64,000 bases of DNA from assembly GCA_000165425.1 (NCBI GenBank), contig CT868108.1, positions 62,001 through 126,000 of the forward strand. The letters are read 5' to 3'. The position numbers were made by a program, and so were the translations under genes. The number at the start of each line of letters is the position of its first letter. Position 1 is the first letter of the stretch. This document shows positions 53,313 through 64,000 of the stretch, piece by piece. The notes beneath the pieces are model-generated. The model was not told the DNA's origin. It did no database searches and saw only the letters and a program-made list of their open reading frames with translations. The stretch is from Paramecium tetraurelia (lineage: Eukaryota).

Positions 53313-54525
53313 ATCAAACATCCCTGTCCTTATCCAATTGACAAATCATAGGATCTGCTTTATGGGATATACTATTTTTACTTAAAACTACATAAAAGTA
53401 AATTCAATTTAATTATAAAGAAATTATACAAATATTTTAGAAAAATGTAGAATTCATTACAGAAGTAAGAACTTTTTAGAAAGGATTAGATGCTTTCGAA
53501 CATAAGGTTTCAAATTCATTAATGATAGTCGTTGCAAGGTTCAACTGTTGATTATTGTAATAAAATTAAACACTCGATAAAATAAGATGTATAAAACTGA
53601 TTTATATTTCATTGCTTGAATTGCTAAAGGGTTTTGATAAAATTAACATCAAAAATAGGCATTTATTTTGGAGATTCTGAATTTAAGCGAATTTTAATTA
53701 TATCGTTATTACTATTATTGTTGTTTTTGTTGTTGTTGTTATTATTATTGCTCATAAGATTATTTGTTTCAATTTTATTTATATTTAAATTTGGAAGTGA
53801 TGAATTTTATTAATATCGAGTTTCATTAGGACTAGAAGCATATTATCGATGCTAGTCAATTATAAATTTATTTAGTCTATTTTTTGTTTATTTTGAGGCT
53901 GTATTTGAGAATAATTTTCCTTAACTTTACATATTCTTAGGGAGATTGGACAAAAAACCTACCATAGATTTTGAAGGCTCCTCATCCGTTGCTTTCTTTA
54001 TTACCCATTTGTTTCCTTAACATGTAACTTCTACCTTGTAATGTTTATTTAGCAAAGTATTAGCCCAATTTGATTTATATGGATTAACTATCTATATTAT
54101 TAAAACAATCTCATACTCTTGTCATTTTATAGACTTTTTTTGGGTTTGTGATCTGAATTCTGATTAAAAGAACCTTATAATTCATCTGAAAGTAATTTCT
54201 TTTGCACATCCTAATTTGTAAACTCAAACAAACCTATAGGTTCACTTAATTCAGGAATAAAGCGCTGACACTAAAAAAATACGCTTGACTATTGTTACAT
54301 TTTTAATTTATGTTAATTTTTTATATGGATATATGTTACTTTTAAAATCAGGGGCAAACATATAGATTTTTAGATCGAATTTTTATTAGAATATTGAATT
54401 TTGAAATAATATGAGAGGAGAACATTTTAGACAGAGAAACAACTCTTTTTCTATTATTCAAAATAACAACGAAAACGATTATTCCGCTAGATTGAGTGTT
54501 AAGGAACATAAGGTTTGATATTCAT
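53313..54525 (-). CDS. Hypothetical protein with poly-Gln tract (boundaries uncertain)
   Basis: Open frames FFQCQRFIPELSEPIGLFEF and VNPYKSNWANTLLNKHYKVEV, plus a poly-Q tract. Confidence 0.5.
53706..53753 (-). repeat. Mixed CAA/TAA/TAG poly-glutamine microsatellite
   Basis: Minus strand reads gag caa taa taa taa caa caa caa caa aaa caa caa taa tag taa taa. Confidence 0.85.
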
Positions 54526-55176
54526 ACATGATTAGACATTCATTAAATCTATTTAAGTAATGTATTAGATTTATTTCTGAATCAATATATATTGAAATAT
54601 TAAGTAAAATTTTTTTTCTAAAATAATTGATTTTAAATTGAAATTATTCAAAACCTAAAATTTTCCTTACGAAATAATTCTTAATAATTCATCATATATT
54701 AACAATGGTGATTTTATGATTGCCTATTTTAGATTGAATAATAGTACATCAATCGTTTTATTAAAAAATTACTATACCGAATTATATAATTATACAAGTA
54801 AGTTTAATAACAACTTTTGATTATTTTTAATAGTATTATAAATACATCCATGTATTCATTTTTATTTTATTTGGCCTACTTAATTACAAAGGATCTCTTA
54901 TATTAGATCTAAAAGTAAATTTGATTTCTTAAATAGAAACGAATCAACAAATTTATTTTGTTCTTGTTTAATTGGCACCTATTGTAAAAAACAACAAATT
55001 TATCTAAAAATTTAACTTAAAATTCTAAAAATAAAACGAAAAGACAGTTCAGCCATTCTACTCCGTTGATTGTGATTATATTTAAAGATAAATCCTTAAA
55101 CAACTAAAAAAATTCATTTTAATGATATTTTTCAAATAAATCACTGTAGTTTTAACTAAATTGCTCAGAGGAAAGT

Positions 55177-55222
55177 TAAAATGTCTTGATTATATCTTTA
55201 TCAAAATAATCAAGACATTTTA
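55177..55222. repeat. Perfect 17-bp inverted repeat with 12-nt loop
   Basis: taaaatgtcttgattat (55177-55193) and ataatcaagacatttta (55206-55222) are exact reverse complements. Confidence 0.92.
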
Positions 55223-55404
55223 CTTGAAACTAAATTTTTGATAGATCTTTCATTTTTCTACGATAGATTTAACAGAATATAATGATTTTGAAATGTATTT
55301 TGAGTAATATGTTAATTCTAAATAAATAAATGAAAATTAGGCTCATTACAAATGGAAAAGATAGATAAATCAAATTATAATGTTTAGATTTACTAAATTA
55401 GAAA

Positions 55405-56684
55405 ATGAAGAGATCTCATTCGTATGATTTACCTTACATAACCGTCCTGTCATCAGGTTAATAGTTGAAAAAGTAACCCAAATCTAAAACTATGTTGTTG
55501 ATAGCAAATTCTTCAAATTATGGAAATTCAGCAAGGAAATCATTGAAATCTGAGAAACATGATTTAATGGATGCAATATCATTGGCGAGTCAATTAATAT
55601 AAGAAGCCCCTCCATAAAAAACAAATATTAGAAGAGCCAGTTAATATGATTATATTAGTCTAAAGTAAAGAAGACTAGATAGTTTTGCTCCGCTCGTTTT
55701 TGTATAATAACATTCTCAAGAGGCGATGATACGTAAGAAGAAAAAATTAACTCAAAGAAAAATGCAGTATAGTATAGTATAAGAATAATGCAATTAGAAT
55801 TTATGAAAAGGTCAATGCTAAGGAAGCAACAAAGGGTTTAACGTAGTAAGAGTGCTTTGTTGCCATAATAAATAAAAATCAAGCATAAGAGGGCTAAGAC
55901 AGTTATGGATTAATTATACCAAGGGCCAATATTAAGACTGGATACTGAATTGGAAAAAAAAATTAGAATGTTAGTCTATTCATAAAGATGTTCTCGTTTA
56001 ATCTTGAAAAGGAAGACATTTATACAAGAGCCTCAAAACAACATATTTGTTTCAAGAGATAAGTTGTTGAGATATCAAGAGGTGATGGCTAATAAATTTG
56101 TAAAACTTATAAATAAATGCATATAGGATTAAGCAGATTCCTCTTGTGACTCTTCTCCTTAGATAATGACTAAGATTCAATTTAAGAAGACATAATTTAG
56201 TAAGATATAGGTTGGGGAGAATACAATAAGTTAATATCTGACTCCCAGATTACAAAGTGACTGCAATCTCAATATTTTCAGTAGGAATGCCTCTCATAGT
56301 GTGATTGCTCAATACGTTCAAAATTATATAGATAAAAATAAGGCATAAAAGAGAAGTGTTCGTGGATAATAAAAATTGGCTATGATTAACCAGCCAAGTC
56401 TAAATGAATTCAACAAATAATTTTTGGCTCAAAAGAGGAGTGTAGATGTTGGAAGAATTTCTTCGTAATTGAAATTATCTAGATCATAGGATAATGGCAA
56501 TAAATAGATTTAGTTAAATTAGAAACAGAGTTAGTTTATCAATAAACAAAAAAATATTATGATTTAGTAAAAATCAGACTCCTAATTCAATTAGAATATC
56601 AGGATTAGGACATTGCCTAGTGATATAAGTTTGAGTAAAAGTAAAATCAGTTTGTAATAAAGGTTGAGACCTTATCTCAAATGA
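55405..56684 (+). CDS. Hypothetical basic, low-complexity protein
   Basis: MKRSHSYDLPYITV... open frame (in-frame upstream ATG at 55330), an intron near 55767 and TGA at 56682. Confidence 0.6.
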
Positions 56685-56777
56685 ATCTTAATTTTAATTA
56701 ATTATTGTAAATATATTGATGTATTATTAATTGAAATTAGATTTTGTAAGAAAAATAAGAATTTTATTATAATAAAC

Positions 56778-58395
56778 ATGCATTGTGATTCTTTTGCACA
56801 TTACGAATTATAAACGATCCTATCTGAAACCGATTATTCAAAGAGAGCTACAAAGATCATTTGCACTATTGGGTAAGACTATTAGAAATATATTAGTCCT
56901 GCTTGTTGGGATGTGCCTACATTGGTGTAATTGATTGATGCAGGAATGAGTGTAGCTAGACTCAATTTTTCTCATGGGGATCACAAGGTCCATGGAGAGA
57001 CAGTGGCGAGATTGAGAGAAGCATTTAAATAGAGGAAGGACAAGCCGGTGGCAATAGCATTGGATACAAAGGGTCCAGAAATTAGAACTGGTTTGAATAA
57101 AGAACATAAATCGATTGTATTGAAGAAAGGGTAGAAGTTGGAAATAAGTATGAATATTCTTATATTCAGCTACCGATTATACATTTGAAGGGACATCAGA
57201 ATGTATTGCATGTAGCTACTAAAGTTTATGCAAAACTGTGCATGTTGGATCATAAATCTTGATAGCAGATGGAACCGTGGTGACAACTGTGGATGAAATA
57301 AAAGAAGTATGGAAAATTGTCATTTCATTAATAGTCCAGTGTAATGGTAACAGTCTAAAATGATGCATAATTTGGAGAAAAGAAAAATATGTCTTTGCCT
57401 GGAGCTATAATTGATTTGCCTACCGTAACTGAGAAGGAAGAGGAAGATTTGGTGAAATTTGGTTTGAAACATAATATTGATATTGTCTTTTTATCATTTA
57501 CCAGAAAGGCATAAGATATTGAGGATGTCAGAGATATTTTAGGTCCCAAAGGCAGTGGAATCAAGATTATTGCTAAAATAGAAAATTAGGAAGGAATGCA
57601 AAACTATGATGATATATTAAAATCAGCTGATGGAATCATGGTGGCAAGAGGAGATCTAGGAATGGAAATTCCTCCTTAGAAGGTATTCTAGGCTTAAAAA
57701 TGGATGATCAAAAGAGCACTTGATGCAGGAAAGCCTGTCATTACTGCCACATAAATGATGGAATCTATCATTACTAATCCCAGACCAACAAGAGCTGAAG
57801 CATCTGATGTAGCTAATGCTGTATTGGATGGTTCAGATTGTGTTATGCTCTCTGGAGAAACTGCCAACGGAGCATTTCCAGTTATTGCTGTAGAAACTAT
57901 GGGAAGAGTAATCCATCCATCTATTATTAGATATGTTGTGAAGCAGAAAAATGTGTAGATCACGAAAAAACCTATTGGAATAGAATTCATGATAGAGGAT
58001 ATTTGGGGGATACTGAAGCTTTGGCTGCTTCTGCTGTTCAAATGAGCTTTGAAACTAAGGCTCATGTGATCATTTGCTTCACTCTCACTGGGGAAATCGC
58101 ACGACTTGTTGCTAAATATAGACCAAGAGCTCCCATCATAGCAATTAGGTTAGATATGTTAATATATATTATTAGTACTGAAGACAAAACTATTAAAGGA
58201 TTAAGTATGGCAAGTGGAGTTACTTGTCTTAGAGTTCCAAGTTTTCAAGGAGTTGATACTTTAGTTGATTATGCTATTAAATCTGCAAAGTCTAGAGGAA
58301 TTATTTAAACAGGAGACAAGGGTATTGTCTTACTAGGAGGAAGTGAGGAAAATCCAGATGAGTCTAACATCTTAAAAGTAAAGAAGATCAATTGA
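56778..58395 (+). CDS. PYK: Pyruvate kinase
   Basis: [87 protein letters not shown]; five tiny introns. Confidence 0.97.
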
Positions 58396-58581
58396 TTATC
58401 TATACAAACAAATAATTAATTAATTATTCAATATCTGTTATTTAGGGTAAATGTCTCAGGTTCTCAAAGTGTCCTTAATAATACTAGGCTGAATTAGGAG
58501 ATGTAGTATTCTCAATTGCAATCATTATTATAATATGAATTTATTTTATTTATAATTTTTAAACTATAAACTCGATTAAAG

Positions 58582-61500
58582 ATGAATCCAAAAGGTTATA
58601 AATTTGAAGTTCGAATATATATTGAAAAGTTGGAGATGAAGTGCAATTTATCATTTAAAGTGTAAGTTATATTAAAATGTGGTATATACTATTTCTATCA
58701 CTTAAGGGAATTAAAAACTTATGACTGAGTAATTAGCTGATTTTAATTAAGGAAATGCAAATATTAAAGAAACTCTCTGCATTCAAACTAACTTGTAATA
58801 AATCAATGGAACATTTTAAGAAAAGAAAATAGAGTTGCTAATTTTGCTCATAACAACAAAAGGTAATAAAAAAGCAGGTCAATGTTATATTGATATTGCA
58901 CAGTTATTGAACTAAAAAAAATATGGTATTTCATAATTGCACTTTAGACTCTAATTAAGAACTACTCTTAGAAAATTGCCCCGTTAACAAAGCCAAAATT
59001 TATTCAACAATTCGATTAGCAGAAGTTGAGAAGGTAGACTTTGAAGTAATCAACCCACAGTCTTCAATAGTTATTGAGTAAGGATCAGATAAAACGTAAG
59101 GGCTTTTTACACCATTAAAAGCAGCACTCGAAAATACAGTCAAGAAATACTTTGGAGATAATCAATCTGCATAATCACAAAAATTGGAAAATTAATTTTC
59201 TAGAAATTAAACAAATTATCCTATTTTAACAGATGGTTCACCTCATTTGAATTCACAAAAATAACAATTGGATTTCTAACAGGTCTAATAAGATTTATCA
59301 GATCTTCAAGAAGAGCTCCAATAATAAAAGATAATATATACAGAAATGAAGGATTTGAATAATTAACTAAAAAAGGAAATAGAAATATAGAAAGAGAAAA
59401 AGGAAGCCTTGATTTAATAGGTCTAGGAATAAAAACTCTAGATAGAAAATATGATTGACTAACATAAATATCAAGAATAGTTAACTTAATATGAACAATA
59501 ACTAAGCCAAATTCAAAGTCAATTGAGATAAGCACTAAAAGATAATGAAACTCTTACTTTGAACTATAAAAAAGCTATGTAATAGTGCAATAAATTATCT
59601 GAGGAGTATAATTAAAATTAACAAACCTTCAATTATGAAGAAAAATCTACATTCTAATTAAATCAAAAGATAAAGGAATTGGAAGAAATTTGTAATGAAA
59701 AAGATCAATTATATTAAACTTTAGAGAAATCTAATAATGATAGCTAGTTAAAGAATATTAATTTTGAAAATTAGATCATTTAATTACATCAGTAAGTATA
59801 ACAACTCAAAGCTAAGCTTATTGATAAAGATGTTGTAAATGAATTATAGAAAGAGAATCTTAATAGTCTAAATATATAAATATTAAACTTAAAGAATTAA
59901 AATAGTTCTCTATAGTAGAGTTAAAGAATGATGAATGATAAAGTATTGATTTTTTTATCATTAGATTGATGAATAATCTAAGTAGATTGTTAATCAATAG
60001 GAATTAATAAATCAATAAACTGGGGAAATTAGGTAACAATATGAAGATATCTTAAATCAAAACCATTAGAGTATTTAATAACTAACTAAGGAATTAAATG
60101 AGAAAAATATTGAATTAATTTCTTATTAGACTACATGCAAATAACTAAAATTAGAATTAGATGCTGTTTTGGAGTAACATGAAAAATCAAAGCAAGAAGG
60201 AGTAAAAATATAGCCAGAGTCAGATCTAAATTATATGGAAAAGGAGTAGTAATTCTAAGAGGAAATAAAAAAGTGCCGTGAGAGAGAAGAGGAACTAAAA
60301 AGTAAAGTTGAATTTCTTTTGCAATCAACAAATTAATTGTAATAACTGCTAAACGAATAGTATCAGTCAGAAAGAAGTTATGAGAAATTTGTTTCGAGAC
60401 CACTAGATTCCAAACGCAAACGCAGAGGTGAATGTTCCAAATCAATTGATTTAATTGAACAGGGCAATATCATTGAAATTTTCTAAGTTAAAGTAGGATC
60501 TAGAATGTCATTAATTGTAGATATAAGCTCAGGCGAAATGTGATTCTGATAATTCAGGATATCAACAGATGGTAATAATAAAATAATTATGATTAAAGAC
60601 CCTTGAATTAACTTAAGCCAAATAAAAAATTGATAATTTTTAAATTGAAAATAGATATTTACAATAATAATTAGCTACAAAATCTGAATGTTTAAATAAC
60701 TTAAATTTAATAATTCTAAATTAAAATGAAAAAATTGAGAATTTAGAAATCTAAAATAAAGATCTTAAATAAAAATCAATAAAAGAAGAATAGATTCATC
60801 ATTAATTAAGTGAGTAAATTAAAGTAGTTGATGATTAAAATTAAGATCTTTAAATTTAAATAAAAGCTTTATAAATTGAAATTTTGTAAAAAGAGAACTT
60901 GATAAATAATGTATCAAGCAAAATTTTATAATTAAGCTAGCAAAATTAAGAATAAATTATAGTTAATGAATAATTATAATTTTAAATAAAAGAGTAGACT
61001 CAGCATGCTTAGTAATTAAAATAAGAATTCTTAATCTCCAAAGCAGAATAAGATTAGCAAAATAATAATTAAATTCTGGAGTTGAATAGAAAAATCACAG
61101 CTTTAGAAATTACCAACCAATAAATATTCGATTAGAAATAATTAAAAGAGAATTAAATAGAAAAGTTACAATAAGATAGACTGTATGATTAAAAAATAGA
61201 AGATCAAAGTAGAAAAGAAGAAAATCAATATATAGTTGATAATTTACTAAGCCCTCTTATAATAGAAGAAACTTAAGAAAGTTAATAAAAGATTTTAGAA
61301 TAAAAATTATAAGCATTAACAATCTAATTGAATTAATAAACTTCTGCGCTTTTACAAGCCTAGATATTTATTGAATAAATAAAAAATGAATATAATTAAA
61401 CATTAGAGAAAGGTAAAATGAATGAATCAGAACTTAAACTACTCTTAGAGTAATCAAAAATTTTGAATAATAATTTATAATCTCAATGCAATAGCTACAG

Positions 61501-62527
61501 AATATAACTTAATGCTTTAGAAATATATATTTAATAGAAAAATAGTAAAATTGATGAATTAGAAACTTAAATCAAATAGAATTAATTACAATTTTAAAAT
61601 GAGTTGTAGGAGTTACAATAACAATTATTTGAAGAGAATGATTAATGCCAAAAGGAAAAAGAAATGATTTAGTAATATATTGATGAACTAGAGGATAAAT
61701 CATTATAGTTAATAAATCAAGTGAAAGAAATGGATATTTAGCTTTCAGATATAAGGAGATAGAATGAAATTTTAAGTAAATAATTAGTAGAATAGTAATA
61801 AATTGATGATAGAGCATAAAAATTAGAATAATCATACTTAGATAATATACAAAAATATGAATAATAAATACATGAAATAAGTTTGAAACATATGTAGAAC
61901 AATAATGATATGATGAAATAGATTCAATATTTATAATAGTAGTCTCAATAGGATTAGGTAGATTTATAAAAATAATTAGCAGAATAGGAAGATAAATATG
62001 CCATAGAGATATAATTAATAACTAAAAATTATTTGAATGGATTGAAGGATAAGGATGATTAAATATAAAATTTATAATAATAAATTCAAAGTTTTCAACA
62101 AGTTAAATTGGAATAATAAAATGAGATTAAATTGTTAGGGAGTATTAATGATAATATGGAATAAGAATAATTTGAGAATTTTGAATATAACTCAAAAATC
62201 TAATTTACAAATGAAAAAATGATAGTATAAACGTAACCATAGGAGTTTCAATTAAATTAATTATAAAATGCAATAAAAGAGTTGGAATTGAAAAATCAGG
62301 AATTGGAGACTGAAAAGATTAATATTTCAAATAACTATCAGTAAGCTTTGATTGAAGCATAATCTTTGAACCGCATTCAAGATAATTCTAATGAGAAAAT
62401 GGAAAAGATATAGGAAGAAGTTATTGCCTTAAAATGCCGAATAGGAGACATGTTGAATACAGCTTAGGAATTCGGAGGGGCTTAATTAGTTGATAAATTG
62501 TAATAAGCATTAGGAATAAAGGAATGA
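58582..62527 (+). CDS. NT-type C2 (EEIG1/EHBP1 N-terminal) domain protein with very long coiled coil
   Basis: YKFEVRIYIEKL...IKETLCIQTNL...FQEKKIEL...KKAGQCYIDIAQLLN...LENCP matches the NT-C2 pattern, followed by about 1000 aa of Q/E/K/L heptads. Confidence 0.75.
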
Positions 62528-62561
62528 AGTAGATTATTTCTTTAATAATTAAAATATCAAA

Positions 62562-64000
62562 TCATAAAGTAACTAAAATATTAGTAAATTCTTCTTCAGA
62601 GATTCTTCCATCCTTATTCAAGTCACAATCCTTTAAAAACTATTCCCATATCTCCGGCTCTAAAAATCCCATACTATCTTACAATTCCTCTTTTGATATG
62701 TAACCATCACCATTTGTGTCTAGCATGCGAAATGCCTATTTAATTCTTTTGATAGAAACTAATTTTTCAAACTTCATGGCCCCCATAATAAATTCAGAAT
62801 AGTCAATTAAGTTTGAATGATTCAAATCTAGAGCATCTAATATCTGATTAACTTTATCTTCTGCCTATTCTTTGTTTTTTAATATTTCTTGATAACCAGC
62901 AATCAATTCTAGCTTACTCAAATTACCATCAAGATTTTTATCTAGAGCATTAAAGGTAGCCTTCAGTTCATTGATTTCTTGGCTTTGCAAAGTTTAATTC
63001 ACCATAAAAGTCATAATAGCTTTTTGAAAATTACTTTTGACCTAATTTTAGCAAAATAAAATACACAGAATTTTTCAATATTATTTAATAACTATTAGGA
63101 TATAATCTCTTATTTAGCATTTTTTTAAACCCAAGGATGTAAGAGAGCTTATTAGGCAGAGAACCTTTTTTTGACATCAGTATTGAGCATATTGTTAATC
63201 AAATCTATAGCTTCCTTTGAAACATTAGACCAATCGTCTTTGTCAAATATTATTTTGCCAATTTTAACCTTAGCAAAGATTTCATTTTCAGTTTTTCCAG
63301 TAAAAGGAGGATACCCGCATAAAAAAATATATAGTATAACTCCACAGGACCAAATATCCACTTTTTCATTATATTTACCATTTAAAACTTCTGGGGCAAT
63401 ATAATAAGGAGTTCCTAATCGTTTCTTCATATTATTATTTGATGAAAAGTATCTAGATGTTCCAAAATCAATTACTTTGACCTCTTCACCCTATCCACTT
63501 AAGAGGATATTCTCAGGTTTCAAATCTCTTTAAATATCATGATAAATTTACCTATGTACTATTTATTTTTCATGGCAGTAGCTCACAGCTTTTAGGATTT
63601 AGATAATGTAGCCAGCTGCCATTTTCTCACTAAAGCATTACAGTTTCTTAATTCTTTAGAATAATTCTCCTCCAGGAAGGTGTCTAAATATGATAAATAA
63701 TTACTCAGTAACAATTATATATTAATCATCTTCTTAGAAGCATTCGAAAACCCGAACGATATTAGGATGATCTAAAGACTTTAAGATATTCAGTTCCGAT
63801 AACATTCTTTCTTAATCCTCAAATAAAAGTGAGTCTTTCTTAATTTACTTCAGTGCTCTTAAAATACCAGTTTTCTTATGTTTGGCAAGCCATACACAGC
63901 CGTAGCTTCCTTATCCTAATTTTTTAATGAGATTATATTGTTCTTTCCATCCCCCTTGTTTCATTGTGACAAAATTATCATAGCTTATCTTCACAGATTT
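62562..64000 (-). CDS. CDPK: Calcium-dependent protein kinase (kinase plus four EF-hands), 5' partial
   Basis: [27 protein letters not shown], and EF-hands [48 protein letters not shown]. Confidence 0.95.

Overview
AT-rich, gene-dense eukaryotic DNA from a ciliate, most likely a Paramecium macronuclear scaffold. TAA and TAG encode Gln, TGA is the only stop, and genes are split by tiny 20-32 nt GT..AG introns, so the supplied standard-code ORF track shows only fragments. I read about 30 protein genes by hand. Recognisable ones are the Aquarius spliceosomal helicase (5' partial), a MORN protein, an EFCAB10-like EF-hand protein, a fermentative D-lactate dehydrogenase, a 7.6-kb cysteine-rich multi-pass surface receptor, a tandem CCCH zinc finger, two cyclic-nucleotide-binding proteins, a myristoylated pseudokinase, an FG-repeat/RanBD nucleoporin-like protein, an FHA protein, a CAMK-type kinase, VPS50-like, an ANTH protein, casein kinase 1, a two-TM large-loop membrane protein, pyruvate kinase, an NT-C2 coiled-coil protein and a CDPK (5' partial). 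I saw no rRNA, tRNA, CRISPR, telomere or transposase. The best leads are the receptor architecture and its repeat-phased introns, a cGMP-type sensor gene in frame with a kinase 18 bp downstream, a TA-bounded 17-bp perfect inverted repeat, and a D-LDH with a possible mitochondrial leader. No new system is established from sequence alone. Coordinates were counted by hand, family calls come from motif recognition without database searches, and hypothetical gene boundaries are approximate.
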